Source: Candidatus Poribacteria bacterium (GTDB lineage Bacteria; Poribacteria; WGA-4E; WGA-3G). Taken from it: a stretch of 64,000 nucleotides of DNA. A program made the translations under genes and the position numbers. Shown here piece after piece: positions 9,328-19,709 of the stretch. The notes beneath the pieces are model-generated. The model had not been told where the DNA came from. It searched no databases and worked only from the letters and a program-made list of their open reading frames with translations. Numbering within the stretch: position 1 is the first letter of the stretch; each line of letters begins with the position of its first letter. The DNA lies in NCBI GenBank assembly GCA_965214095.1, contig OZ243938.1:2432001-2496000 (forward strand), in the 5' to 3' direction.

Positions 9328-10656
9328 ATGCAAAATAAAACAACTCACACCACTCTTTTACTCATTTTCATAGCAATGATTAGTTCTTGTGCTTCACCTA
9401 CCCTTCAAGCACAGCAACCCGCAGACTTTGACATATTAAGCTCTTTTGAAAATGCCATTACTACAATCGTTGAACAAAGTAAGCCAGCTATTGTCAGTAT
9501 TTCAGTTACAAAAAAAGAACTTAAAGATAATAAACCTGTCAAAACATCAGGTGGAGGTTCTGGTTTTTTTATCCGAAATGACGGTTATATTCTAACCAAT
9601 GAACATGTCGTGCGTGGCGCGGAAAAGATCACTGTCAGTTTGGCAAATGGCAGCAAACATGACGCGAGATTGGTTGGAGGCGATCAGAACACTGACATAG
9701 CCGTAATGAAAATAGACGGAGATAAAGAATTTCCTGTCCTCAAAATGGCGGATTCATCAAAAGTTAAAGTAGGACAATTTGCTATCGCAATCGGTGATCC
9801 AATCGGATATAAGTATACAGTGACTGCTGGAATCGTCGGTGGAATGAATCGTTGTTTTCACGAGAAGAACAATCTCTATCAATATCACCGTAATTACATC
9901 CAAACTGATGCCTGGATTAATCCCGGCAGTAGTGGTGGTCCCTTGTTAAATATACAAGGGGAAGTCATCGGTATCACTGCCTTAAACCCGGGGGAAGGTT
10001 CAACCTTAGCAGTAAATTGTGGTCTTGCCCAAGAAATTAGTGAGCAACTCATTGCTTATGGCAGAATTATTCGTGGACACCTCAATGCTGATATGCAAAG
10101 TGTTGCACAAGGCATTAGAATAGCAAGTGTAAAACAGAACACATCTGCATCACAATGTGGTTTAAAACGAAATGATATTATCGTTGAATTTGATGGAGAA
10201 TCAGTGCCTGGTGTCTCCGATTTTGAATTGCAGATTATGGAATGCCAGATCGGACAACAATACCCTATTAAGGTCTTACGACAAGAACAGGAAATCATAC
10301 TTAATTTGACTATTGATGAGATGCCAATTGAATTAGTTGGACGTTCTGTTAATGCTGAGTCTGTTTCTTGGAAAACACTCGGGTTAGCCGTGCGAATGTT
10401 AGAGAACGATAACCATCAAAGATATGCATATTTAAATGAACATGATCGTGGTGTTTTGGTTGAAAAGATCAAGAGGAATTCACCCAGTGCCACTGCTAAA
10501 GTTCCACGTGGTGCTCTCGTAATTGCTATCAATGGACAAGAAATCATGGACGTTCAAACCCTTGAAACTTTCCTTGAAAATAATTCAGACCTATCCGAAT
10601 ATATTCTTGATATAAAAAGTATCCAAGGCACAGAAAAAGTAAGTTTGATTAAATAA
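9328..10656 (+). CDS. HtrA/DegQ-family serine protease lipoprotein, 2 PDZ
   Basis: ISS-C lipobox; GSGF, TNEHV, TDIAV, IQTDAWINPGSSGGPL. Confidence 0.9.
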   Translation: MQNKTTHTTLLLIFIAMISSCASPTLQAQQPADFDILSSFENAITTIVEQSKPAIVSISVTKKELKDNKPVKTSGGGSGFFIRNDGYILTNEHVVRGAEKITVSLANGSKHDARLVGGDQNTDIAVMKIDGDKEFPVLKMADSSKVKVGQFAIAIGDPIGYKYTVTAGIVGGMNRCFHEKNNLYQYHRNYIQTDAWINPGSSGGPLLNIQGEVIGITALNPGEGSTLAVNCGLAQEISEQLIAYGRIIRGHLNADMQSVAQGIRIASVKQNTSASQCGLKRNDIIVEFDGESVPGVSDFELQIMECQIGQQYPIKVLRQEQEIILNLTIDEMPIELVGRSVNAESVSWKTLGLAVRMLENDNHQRYAYLNEHDRGVLVEKIKRNSPSATAKVPRGALVIAINGQEIMDVQTLETFLENNSDLSEYILDIKSIQGTEKVSLIK

Positions 10657-10666
10657 GTTAAGAGAA

Positions 10667-10706
10667 TTGGTAGGTAAGGTGAAAAAAGGAACACCTTTCC
10701 TACCAA
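10667..10706. repeat. GTAG-containing palindrome (REP-like or terminator) between the htrA paralogues
   Basis: TTGGTAGGTAAGGTG...CACCTTTCCTACCAA. Confidence 0.5.
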
Positions 10707-10778
10707 TTCCGCAATTATATACGTTGAAACGAAATACCTACACCCCAACTATCTGAAATCACTTAGAGAGGATTATCT

Positions 10779-12110
10779 ATGCGAAAACAGAGTTATCTGA
10801 TATGTATCCTTTTCATTCTTGTTACATTGCTCTCATCGTGTGCATTCCAAGCCAAACAGCCGAGTAATATAGAACTACTAAGCACAATTGAGAATGCATT
10901 TATTGATATCGCTTCCCAAAGCAAACCTGCTGTCGTTGGTATTTTTGTTAGACATTCAAATAGAGAATTAAGACGATGGGGATCAGGATTCTTTTTTCGT
11001 GAAGACGGTTATATTATGACAAATGACCACATCGTTCACGGTGGACAACGATTTGAAGTCAAGTTGTTAGACGGTAGCATAGTAGATGCGAAATTAGTTG
11101 GAACAGATGTCAACACAGATGTTGCAGTCCTAAAGGTTGAAGGAGACAAGGAATACCCTATTCTTCCATTAGCTAATTCTGAGAAAGTTCGGGTTGGACA
11201 ATTTGCTGTCGCAATTGGAAATCCTTTTCAACTTGACTATACAGTAACAACGGGTATTGTCAGCGGTAAAAGTCGTAATGTTCTGGGTGGGATGCGTGTC
11301 ATCAGATACCAAAACTTCATCCAAACAGACGCATGGATTAATACAGGTAGCAGCGGAGGTCCTCTCTTAAATATCTATGGAGAAGTAATCGGTATCAACG
11401 CTCTAATCCGAAAGGCAGAAAATACACCTGCAGCAGCAAGAGCAGGCGCGGGGTTTGCTATTCCCAGCAACCTCGCAAGTGTCATTGGGGACCAACTCAT
11501 CGCAAATGGAAAGATCATTCGCGGTTATCTCGGAATTAGTATGCGGGAGGTGGCACAAGGTGTTAGTGTGGAAAGAGTACTATTGGGAACACCCGCTGAC
11601 AAAGCCGGTTTACAATGGCGTGACATCATCTATGAATACAACGGAAAAAAGGTCAAAAACACTCTTCAATTTCAAATGCTCATAGCGGATTCTACTGTCG
11701 GTAAAAAGTCTGTCATCAAAGTAATACGACGTGGACAGAAGAAAACACTCAGTACAACAATTGTTGAAATGCCACCAGAATTGGCAGGATTGCCGTTTGA
11801 AGATAATTCTGTTTCTTGGAATACGCTCGGATTAGCAGTGAGACAGTTAGAAAAAGGGGATGCACAAAGATATACATATCTCACAAATGAAGATCGAGGT
11901 GTAATTGTTGAAAGAGTTAAGACAGATGCTCCTGGGTTCAATGCCAAGATCCCACGTGGAGCACTTATCACTGCAGTCAATGGGGAACAAGTATCTGATG
12001 TCCAAACGCTTGAAGCACTCCTACAAAGGCATAAAGAACTTGAAGAACTGATGCTTGAAATAAAAAGCAGCCACGGTAAAGAAAAACTAACTATACATTT
12101 AAAAAAATAA
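10779..12110 (+). CDS. HtrA/DegQ-family serine protease lipoprotein, 2 PDZ (paralogue of the upstream gene)
   Basis: LSS-C lipobox; GSGF, TNDHI, TDVAV, IQTDAWINTGSSGGPL. Confidence 0.9.
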   Translation: MRKQSYLICILFILVTLLSSCAFQAKQPSNIELLSTIENAFIDIASQSKPAVVGIFVRHSNRELRRWGSGFFFREDGYIMTNDHIVHGGQRFEVKLLDGSIVDAKLVGTDVNTDVAVLKVEGDKEYPILPLANSEKVRVGQFAVAIGNPFQLDYTVTTGIVSGKSRNVLGGMRVIRYQNFIQTDAWINTGSSGGPLLNIYGEVIGINALIRKAENTPAAARAGAGFAIPSNLASVIGDQLIANGKIIRGYLGISMREVAQGVSVERVLLGTPADKAGLQWRDIIYEYNGKKVKNTLQFQMLIADSTVGKKSVIKVIRRGQKKTLSTTIVEMPPELAGLPFEDNSVSWNTLGLAVRQLEKGDAQRYTYLTNEDRGVIVERVKTDAPGFNAKIPRGALITAVNGEQVSDVQTLEALLQRHKELEELMLEIKSSHGKEKLTIHLKK

Positions 12111-12126
12111 GGTTCTAAACATTCAA

Positions 12127-12238
12127 TACCATTTCTAATGGAAAACACCGCATTTTTGTAGCATAAACTGCCAGTTTGTGCCATCCTTCAAGGCATTCTT
12201 AACAAATGCTAATGGGATAAACATTTATAGAAATGGTA
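12127..12238. mobile_element. 112-bp MITE, family B copy 1
   Basis: TIR TACCATTTCTA...TAGAAATGGTA; internal GTAGCATAAACTGCCAGTTTGTGC hairpin; near-identical copies at 31635 and 58310. Confidence 0.8.
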
Positions 12239-12275
12239 TTACTACCATTTTTTGATAACGGTGTAAATAGGACAC

Positions 12276-14258
12276 ATGCCACAAAAACCGAAAACTCTCA
12301 CGTTGAAAGATATTTTTAGTCCGGGTGGTATCATTTCAGAACATCTATCGGGCTATGAGTACCGTGAAGAACAACTCCTTATGGCAAATGCTGTTGCCCG
12401 CGCATTTTCTGACGCTGAGCATCTGATTGTGGAAGCTGGAACAGGAGTTGGAAAAAGTTTTGCCTATCTTATTCCCGCTGTTTCACTTTCAGTCAAAACT
12501 AATCAGACCGTTGTTATTTCCACCAACACTATCAGTTTGCAGGAACAGTTGGTAACAAAGGATATACCGTTCCTGCATGATGTGTTACCGCGTGATTTCG
12601 AAGCAGTACTCGCTAAAGGACGGCGTAATTATCTTTCTCGTCGTAGGTTGAATAATTTGCTAACCTCTCAACGCGGACTGTTTGACACAATGGAAGAAGT
12701 AGATCAGGTCAAGCAGATAACTGAGTGGGTGGAAACAACAGAGGATGGTAGTCAAGCAGATCTACCGATACAACCAACATCTCTTGTATGGGACAAGGTA
12801 GTATCTGACCGAGATAATTGCCTCGGACGCAAATGTCCTACCTACGATGTCTGTTTCTATTTCAATGCACGCAACGAGATGTATAATGCAGACCTACTCA
12901 TCGTCAATCACCATCTTCTGTTCAGCGATTTGGCACTTCGCCAACTTGACCCTGCTGTCGGTATCCTCCCCGATTATGACTATCTTATTATTGATGAAGC
13001 ACATCATTTGGAATCCACCGCGACCAATCATACAAGCCTCAGAATAAACAATTCACAAGTCAAATGGCTTCTGGACTCCCTTCATATCGATGGAAAAGAA
13101 AGTGGTGCTGCAACCCAATTTGACTCGTCAGACCTGATGAAAGGTGTTGATGAAGCACGTGAACAGGCAAACCTATTTTTCAGTGCTGTTGGAGACTACT
13201 TTGCAAACGCAGATGGTTATACCACAACTAAGCGAATTGATGAGGATAATGTTGTTGAGGTGTTCAAAACTGGGAATATATTAGATGCTCCGATGTTGAA
13301 AATTGAAAAAACACTTAAACAACTACGTGATAACGCTGAAACTGATGATGATGAGGTGGAGCTATCTTCATACTACAACCAGTGCAGACGACTTAGAGAA
13401 GTATTAGACTTGATAGTACACCAACCTGATCCTGAATACATTTACTGGGCAGAATCTTCGTCAAGGGGACGAACACCGCGTGTCCTTCTGAATGCCACCC
13501 CTGTGAATATTAGTCAGATGTTAAAGGATTCTCTCTTTGATATAAAAGAGAGTGTTGTTATGACAAGCGCGACACTTTCCACATCCAATAACTTTGATTA
13601 TTTCAAAACACGAATAGGTATAGATGATTGTCGAGAACTGTTGGTGCAATCACCATTTAACTTCAAGGAACAGGTAAAAATACATATTCCACAGTCTATG
13701 CCAGATCCGAGAAGTGATGAATTTGTTACTGCAGCCATCCGTGAAATCAAACACTATCTCAAATTGACGCACGGTAAAGCTTTTGTTCTATTTACCAGTT
13801 ATAAAATGATGGATGAAGTCTATGAGGAAGTTGAACCTTTCCTCACAGAAATGGGTATTGATGTATACAAACAGGGAGGGGAACTCTCACGGACAGATAT
13901 GCTACAAGCGTTCCGTGAGGATACAGATTCAGTTTTGTTCGGTACTTCCAGTTTCTGGGAAGGTGTTGATGTGCGTGGCGAAGCATTGAGTAATGTCGTT
14001 ATCACGAAATTACCTTTTGAAGTGCCTACGCATCCGATAATGGAAGCACGGGTTAAACAGATTAAAGAACAGGGTGGAAATGAATTCTATGAATTCAGTT
14101 TACCTGAAGCTATATTGCGCCTCAAACAGGGGTTCGGAAGACTTATCCGCACACAAACTGACCAAGGTATAGTTGTAATTTTGGATTCACGTATTATAAC
14201 ACGTAGTTATGGCAAACTTTTTTTAGCATCACTCCCACCATGCGATATTATTGCCTAA
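12276..14258 (+). CDS. dinG: DinG/YoaA family Fe-S ATP-dependent helicase
   Basis: EAGTGVGKS, KGRRNY, C..C...C Fe-S ligands, DEAH, SATL, FWEGVD, QGFGRLIR. Confidence 0.9.
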   Translation: MPQKPKTLTLKDIFSPGGIISEHLSGYEYREEQLLMANAVARAFSDAEHLIVEAGTGVGKSFAYLIPAVSLSVKTNQTVVISTNTISLQEQLVTKDIPFLHDVLPRDFEAVLAKGRRNYLSRRRLNNLLTSQRGLFDTMEEVDQVKQITEWVETTEDGSQADLPIQPTSLVWDKVVSDRDNCLGRKCPTYDVCFYFNARNEMYNADLLIVNHHLLFSDLALRQLDPAVGILPDYDYLIIDEAHHLESTATNHTSLRINNSQVKWLLDSLHIDGKESGAATQFDSSDLMKGVDEAREQANLFFSAVGDYFANADGYTTTKRIDEDNVVEVFKTGNILDAPMLKIEKTLKQLRDNAETDDDEVELSSYYNQCRRLREVLDLIVHQPDPEYIYWAESSSRGRTPRVLLNATPVNISQMLKDSLFDIKESVVMTSATLSTSNNFDYFKTRIGIDDCRELLVQSPFNFKEQVKIHIPQSMPDPRSDEFVTAAIREIKHYLKLTHGKAFVLFTSYKMMDEVYEEVEPFLTEMGIDVYKQGGELSRTDMLQAFREDTDSVLFGTSSFWEGVDVRGEALSNVVITKLPFEVPTHPIMEARVKQIKEQGGNEFYEFSLPEAILRLKQGFGRLIRTQTDQGIVVILDSRIITRSYGKLFLASLPPCDIIA

Positions 14259-14313
14259 ATTGAAGTTTTGCCCCACTATACCTACAACTCTCAATTTGAG
14301 TTTTCTATCATAT

Positions 14314-14416
14314 TATAGTGAATTATAAATATAAGTTGACACTTTCGACACACGGTAGGCGAGGTTTCCTAACCTCGCCGATGCAGAGCGTTCAAGTAAT
14401 TTCAAAATCTACTATA
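14314..14416. mobile_element. 103-bp MITE, family A copy 1
   Basis: TATAGTGAATT...AATCTACTATA ends; internal GTAGGCGAGGTTTCCTAACCTCGCC hairpin; copies at 18246 and 55149. Confidence 0.8.
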
Positions 14417-14422
14417 TAAGTA

Positions 14423-14546
14423 TAATGGACAGACCAACACCACCATTCTTATTGTCGGACGGGGCTCTGTGTCTGTCGGTTGTCATGGATATATCTGACG
14501 GGAACAGACACCCACCTACAATCTGTGGATAAGTTTGTCCTCATTA
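14423..14546. mobile_element. Degenerate TA-ended miniature element with an inverted REP-like pair
   Basis: TAATGGACAGAC...GTTTGTCCTCATTA imperfect TIR; GTCGGACGGGGCTCTGTGTCTGTC and GACGGGAACAGACACCCACCTAC inside. Confidence 0.45.
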
Positions 14547-14548
14547 AC

Positions 14549-14587
14549 AAAAAAGAAGTTCAATGTGAAAATACATTGAACTTCTTT
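14549..14587 (-). terminator. Intrinsic (probably bidirectional) terminator
   Basis: AAAGAAGTTCAATGT-gaaaat-ACATTGAACTTCTTT perfect stem between convergent genes. Confidence 0.7.
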
Positions 14588-14613
14588 CAAAGATTGTTTT
14601 CTGAACTGCGATT

Positions 14614-15744
14614 TTAATAACGTTGTGGGGACGGCTGAGCAACCCGGATACTTCTGCTATGTGTGAATGGAAACTTGAACTCTAATGTCTGATAACGTTG
14701 TGTACCACCTCGAGGAGGAGATTTTTCAATTGGTAGAGTTACTAATAATTCAGTGGCATTGAGCTTTACCTGCCTGAACGGGATGAATCCTTCCACACTC
14801 TCTCCAGGGTTAACACCAACACGGTGAAAACCGACCTGTTTTTCCACTATTGGCATGCGTTTTTCAATTAGAATTTGCCGAGCTTTCTCCAAACCGTGTT
14901 TTACATAGAGACCAGAAGTACGCGACATATAGGCAAAACGTTCCTCTAAATCTTCAAGATTAAGACCAGGATAATAGTTTTCACCTTGATCAGTAACCTC
15001 ACATTTCTTTACATCAAAAAGAATATATTCTTCCCGATTATTCGTAATTTTTACGTAAAACACATCAGTTTTGTCCCCTTGACGGAGTGCTTCTGTTTCG
15101 TAAAAGGGTGAGTACGCGTTACCCCGATTATATTTTCTATCCAGATCGGTTCTGCGCCAATAACAGATAGAGACGGTGATGCCGTCCAGTGTTTTAGTGA
15201 GGAACGGTTGTCTTGCCTGTATATCAAATTCCTCTGGTAAGTCTGAGACGAATACAACATCAACTACTTTTCTATTTTCGTTCTCAGTGGGTAATTCTAT
15301 TTGAGGTTCAACCTCAACCCATTCTTTCAAAAATTGATTCCAATCATCAGGAGAAAATGCATAGTCTGGAGAAGCGAAAATATAGGTTAATGCTTTTGCA
15401 TTAGCATCTGGGACCGGAACTAACCGAAAACCGACTGTTTGTAGTCCATGCTTGTCAATAATCGGTTGTGCCAAATTTGCAGAAGGAATTGCAGGAACAA
15501 CCACATCTGAATTCGGGTTCTTTTCTCTTTCCATTTGCACGTCAACGATATTTTGCACTGGTTGGATGGGAGACATACTTTGTAAGGACTGACCGCCGCA
15601 ACCTAATATCATAAAGCCTAACAGAAGGAGTGTCCCTATATTTAATAATAAAAATGTTCGTGGCAGCCTCCCAAATCGTTTATTTCCGCATGACTCCCTC
15701 CCAAAATTCTGGCAAGATTTTGTTTGCTTAAAAAACCATTTCAT
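14614..15744 (-). CDS. Hypothetical lipoprotein
   Basis: Start moved to ATG 15744 (AAGGAGG RBS; TTGACG-17-TAACTT promoter at 15846-15818); ILG-C lipobox after a long N-region. Confidence 0.65.
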   Translation of the reverse strand: MKWFFKQTKSCQNFGRESCGNKRFGRLPRTFLLLNIGTLLLLGFMILGCGGQSLQSMSPIQPVQNIVDVQMEREKNPNSDVVVPAIPSANLAQPIIDKHGLQTVGFRLVPVPDANAKALTYIFASPDYAFSPDDWNQFLKEWVEVEPQIELPTENENRKVVDVVFVSDLPEEFDIQARQPFLTKTLDGITVSICYWRRTDLDRKYNRGNAYSPFYETEALRQGDKTDVFYVKITNNREEYILFDVKKCEVTDQGENYYPGLNLEDLEERFAYMSRTSGLYVKHGLEKARQILIEKRMPIVEKQVGFHRVGVNPGESVEGFIPFRQVKLNATELLVTLPIEKSPPRGGTQRYQTLEFKFPFTHSRSIRVAQPSPQRY

Positions 15745-16051
15745 GGATATAATTGCCTCCTTGTCTACCATTTGAGAATGGCAGCATTTTTTATGTTTGT
15801 CATTAGACCTAAGTGTTAAGTTACCACAACTGTACATTTTCGTCAACAACATAAATGTGTTTAATTTCGGCACAAATACAGAATTATTCTTCTTTTATAA
15901 ATCAAGTTCATATACTTGTTATCACACTCACGTTAAAATAACTGCGGTTTTTACTAAAAAAAGTTGACATCAATAACCGTTTGTGTCTATAATACAGAAT
16001 TATAATTTTATCAATCTAAGGGATATTTCCCATACAATCATCAGAAAGAAT

Positions 16052-17227
16052 ATGAAACATTTAGTAATTATATTTTTTGTTATGCTAATTTGTGTAATCA
16101 ATCCGTTATTTGGACAAGACACGGAACCCCAAACGGATCCACCTGCTCCATCACAAGATGAGGTGACATTGGTAGAAGAAGAGGAGGAGGAAGTGGAGAA
16201 TCAGCCGACGGAACCTGTTTCACCCTCCACACAGGAACAACCTTCTATCATCCAAGAACCACCTATCACTACACAAGAAGATCAGGAAAGGGACACTGAA
16301 GACGGATCTTCACCTACCACTCCTGAAGAACCCACCGTTGAAAACTACACGACTGAACCTCCAGTTGTCCCAAAGGAGACAGAAGTCGAAAAACCTGTTG
16401 AAGATCCTGTCCCGACACCACCCCAGTGGCAAGGAAGACGCAGAATGTTCAAAATCGTTAATGATTTCTTGTTAAAACCGGATGAAACTTTGACAACACT
16501 TGTGCTTATCGCGGGGGATGCCACCATACAAGGAACTGTAACAGGCAACGTTTTGGTAATCGGTGGAAACGTTGAACTTACAGAGGGAGCACAAGTGAAA
16601 GGTTTGCTCAAAGTGATCGGTGGTACAGTTGATGGAAACCTTGAATCTGTCCAAAATGTAAGGATCAACAATCAATGGCAAATGGTACCCGCTGTTGCAA
16701 ACTTGTTGATGCATCCACACACCATCTGGGATATTAAAAAGGAAAGAAATTTTCGGTTGACCATTCAAAAATTCGTAATTCTATTGATTACGTATCTACT
16801 GATTGCTGTGATATTTTCAAGACCGATAAATGCTGTCAGTTCAATGTTGTCAGAGAAACCGATCGGAAGCATTCTATTTAGTATCCTCATGTTTATTGTT
16901 ATTCCTGCAGTCGCAGTTGTTCTTATACTCTCTATAGTAGGATATCCGTTTCTGTTGTTATGTATATGTCTTTTGGTACCGGTAGCCTTATGTGGTAAAA
17001 CAGCGATCTTCCTTACACTTGGAAGTACTCTTCTCGCCGGTAAATTAAGACCGCTTGCTGTGGTGTTCGGATTTATTCCATACTTTATGGCAACAGAAAT
17101 CCCACATGTGGATTGGATTGCGTTCCTTACTTTTAATGGTGTCGGCATTGGAATCTGTATATTATCAGCATTAAATGAAATGTACCAGAATCAAACCAAT
17201 ATTAATTGGGCAGAAAGAGTGCGATAA
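16052..17227 (+). CDS. Membrane protein: signal peptide, Pro/Glu/Thr-rich linker, bactofilin-like beta-helix repeats, multi-TM C-terminus
   Basis: IAGDATIQGTVTGNVLVIGGNVEL..VKG.LKVIGG repeats; TTGACA-18-TATAAT promoter at 15964-15993 supports start 16052. Confidence 0.7.
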   Translation: MKHLVIIFFVMLICVINPLFGQDTEPQTDPPAPSQDEVTLVEEEEEEVENQPTEPVSPSTQEQPSIIQEPPITTQEDQERDTEDGSSPTTPEEPTVENYTTEPPVVPKETEVEKPVEDPVPTPPQWQGRRRMFKIVNDFLLKPDETLTTLVLIAGDATIQGTVTGNVLVIGGNVELTEGAQVKGLLKVIGGTVDGNLESVQNVRINNQWQMVPAVANLLMHPHTIWDIKKERNFRLTIQKFVILLITYLLIAVIFSRPINAVSSMLSEKPIGSILFSILMFIVIPAVAVVLILSIVGYPFLLLCICLLVPVALCGKTAIFLTLGSTLLAGKLRPLAVVFGFIPYFMATEIPHVDWIAFLTFNGVGIGICILSALNEMYQNQTNINWAERVR

Positions 17228-17229
17228 TA

Positions 17230-18231
17230 ATGGTTCTTGACTCTCCCATCTTTCTAATCTTGTTCCTCTTATTGCCGTTGTTCGCACTATTCATTTGGTG
17301 GCATCACAAACGCGGAGCATCTCCTACAATTCGTTTCACTGAACTTGAAGGTATCCGTCAAATGCCACGAACACTCTCTGTAAAACTATTACCGCTAATG
17401 AAGGTGATAAGGTTCATCGTTATAGCATTACTTATCTTTGCTCTTGCGCGTCCACAACTTCTCCAAAGCCAAGAACGACGTTTTGTTGAAGGCATTAATA
17501 TTTTCTTAGCACTTGATGTGTCTGACAGCATGCGAGCAGAAGATTTCAATGATACAAACCGGCTGCAAACAGCGAAATCGGTGATACGCGATTTTCTTAG
17601 GTTTCGGGACAGTGATCGCATAGGTCTGGTCGTATTTTCTGGGGAAAGTTATACGCTGTGTCCACTTACACTGGATTATTCAAACTTAACGGAATCACTT
17701 GATGGTGTAGAAGTTGAGATGGGAGACCAACTACGAGAAGGAACAGCAATCGGCGATGCAATTGCAATGACTACGCATCGCTTGAGAACATCTGATACGA
17801 AGACCAATATAGTCATTCTCCTGACAGATGGTGAAAACAATGAAGGAACGATTGACCCAGAAACAGCAGCAGCATTGGCAGAATCCTTAGATATACGGGT
17901 TTATACGATTGGTATGGGCAAAGAGGGTGGAACACGCATTCCCTTTGAAGATACTACATTTGGGAAACGTTATACCGATTTTATTACCTATCTGGATGAA
18001 GAAACGCTTCAAAATATTGCTGATACCACTGGTGGCAGATATTTCCGAGCGAAAGACCTGCAATCATTAAAACATGTGTATACGGAAATTGACAAACTTG
18101 AAAAGACAAAGTTCAAGGTTGTTCACTATACTGAACGTCAAGAAATAGCGGTCTACTTTCTTATTCCTGCAGCACTTCTTTTTGCTCTTGAAATGTTATT
18201 GAGCAATACAGTGCTACGTAAAATCCCATAA
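17230..18231 (+). CDS. batA: BatA-like VWA domain protein
   Basis: N-terminal TM with ALARP; DVSDSM MIDAS; DRIGLVVF, GTAIGDAI, LLTDGENN. Confidence 0.85.
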   Translation: MVLDSPIFLILFLLLPLFALFIWWHHKRGASPTIRFTELEGIRQMPRTLSVKLLPLMKVIRFIVIALLIFALARPQLLQSQERRFVEGINIFLALDVSDSMRAEDFNDTNRLQTAKSVIRDFLRFRDSDRIGLVVFSGESYTLCPLTLDYSNLTESLDGVEVEMGDQLREGTAIGDAIAMTTHRLRTSDTKTNIVILLTDGENNEGTIDPETAAALAESLDIRVYTIGMGKEGGTRIPFEDTTFGKRYTDFITYLDEETLQNIADTTGGRYFRAKDLQSLKHVYTEIDKLEKTKFKVVHYTERQEIAVYFLIPAALLFALEMLLSNTVLRKIP

Positions 18232-18245
18232 TCAAAGATTGACAT

Positions 18246-18348
18246 TATAGTGAATTATAAATATAAGTTGACACTTTCGACACACGGTAGGCGAGGTTTC
18301 CTAACCTCGCCGATGCAGAGTGTTCAAGTAATTTCAAAATCTACTATA
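18246..18348. mobile_element. 103-bp MITE, family A copy 2
   Basis: Near-identical to 14314-14416. Confidence 0.8.
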
Positions 18349-18366
18349 AACATATAGGAGATCAAC

Positions 18367-19128
18367 ATGAAAAATATAGTTGCATGTAATTTAGGTAGTT
18401 ATCGGCAGTTTGGTGCGAATGCTTATGCACACTTAGCAGAAATAGGTTTGACCAATGTTGAGATTGGCGTACCATCTGCTGATGGCGTTGACGCGCTACA
18501 ATCAGAATTAAAATCACACGGACTTACAGCAACAAGTCTACTCGGTAGGTGCGATGTACAGTCTGAGACAGTCGTTGAGGATTTTCAAACGACATTAAAC
18601 ATCGCAAATCAGATGGATGTCAAAGTCATTTTTGTTAGCGTACACGCTGGTGAAACAGACAAAAACAAGGTATATGACCGTCTACGCGCAATCGGTGAGA
18701 ATGCAGAACCATTGGATGTAAAGGTCTGTTTAGAGACACATCCAGATATGGCACACAACGGGGATATTGCTCTTGAAACGATGAAGGGTGTTAATCATCC
18801 GAATATCCGAGTCAATTTTGACACTGGTAATGTCTACTACTATAACCATGATGTTGATGCTGTCACAGAAGTTAAGAAGGTCGTGGACTACGTCGGGGCT
18901 GTTCATCTCAAGGACACAAACGGTGGTTATCGGACTTGGCATTTTCCCACCCTCGGAGAAGGTGTTGTTGATTATAAAACCGTTTTCCAAACATTAAACG
19001 ATACCGGTTTCTACGGTCCTTTCACAATGGAATTGGAAGGAATTGAAGGTGAAAACCTTGATGAAGCAGGCGTTAAAGCACGCGTAGCAGATTCACTGCA
19101 GCACCTGAAAGACATTGGAGTCATCTAA
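18367..19128 (+). CDS. Sugar phosphate isomerase/epimerase (xylose isomerase-like TIM barrel)
   Basis: LETH, NFDTGN, VHLKD, GEGVVD, ELE motifs; AGGAG RBS. Confidence 0.85.
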   Translation: MKNIVACNLGSYRQFGANAYAHLAEIGLTNVEIGVPSADGVDALQSELKSHGLTATSLLGRCDVQSETVVEDFQTTLNIANQMDVKVIFVSVHAGETDKNKVYDRLRAIGENAEPLDVKVCLETHPDMAHNGDIALETMKGVNHPNIRVNFDTGNVYYYNHDVDAVTEVKKVVDYVGAVHLKDTNGGYRTWHFPTLGEGVVDYKTVFQTLNDTGFYGPFTMELEGIEGENLDEAGVKARVADSLQHLKDIGVI

Positions 19129-19487
19129 TGGATACCGATCTCTGCATTATTCGTATCGGTGATGGAGAAAGGGTCAGTGACACATTAGGAAATGTGCTTG
19201 ATACACCAGATATGGCAACCATCGGAGCATTTGCTGTATCTAAGGATCGTCCAACTGAACTTCATTATCACGATTTCGATGAATATTGGTATTTCACTGA
19301 AGGCACAACGACGGTGACTCTACGTACTGCTGATGGACAAAGCGAATCCTACCGCATTGGTCCAGGGGATTTAGTTATCACACCGAAAGGTGTTGAGCAT
19401 GGACACATTCCAGATGATGTTGTCAAAGGTGTGCAGTGGGTGAGTCTGATTCATCCGGATGCACGCCGTGGGCATCTACACAGGTGA
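19128..19487 (+). CDS. Cupin domain protein
   Basis: LHYHDFDEYW and PGDLVITPKGVEH cupin motifs. Confidence 0.85.
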   Translation: MDTDLCIIRIGDGERVSDTLGNVLDTPDMATIGAFAVSKDRPTELHYHDFDEYWYFTEGTTTVTLRTADGQSESYRIGPGDLVITPKGVEHGHIPDDVVKGVQWVSLIHPDARRGHLHR

Positions 19488-19489
19488 AA

Positions 19490-19642
19490 ATGCCAACACA
19501 AACGATTCCACTATCCAAACGGAGATTGGGACGCACTGGTTTAGATGTTGCTTGCCTCAGTATGGGTGGTGCGCGTATCGGTGGTGATCATGTCACTGAC
19601 GATGAAGCAATTAAAGCAGTCCGACGTGCAATCACATTAGGG
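19490..19642 (+). pseudogene. N-terminal fragment of an aldo/keto reductase cut off by the IS607 element
   Basis: KRRLGRTGLDVACLSMGG...DEAIKAVRRAITLG, breaking just before the expected xNxxDT motif. Confidence 0.75.
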
Positions 19643-19709
19643 TTGAGCAACAGTATCTAAATACCTATATTTTTCTTGATATTTCTATGGATTTATAGTA
19701 TACTATTAT

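Noticed and set aside
11672-12184. Minus-strand ORFs sharing CYKNAVFSIRNGI (also 31420-31674)
   Set aside because: The similarity comes from the family B MITE read antisense, not from a protein family.
19642-19709. IStron (group I intron fused to IS607)
   Set aside because: Only ~68 AT-rich nt precede tnpA, leaving no room for a ribozyme core, and the flanks do not rejoin into one gene.
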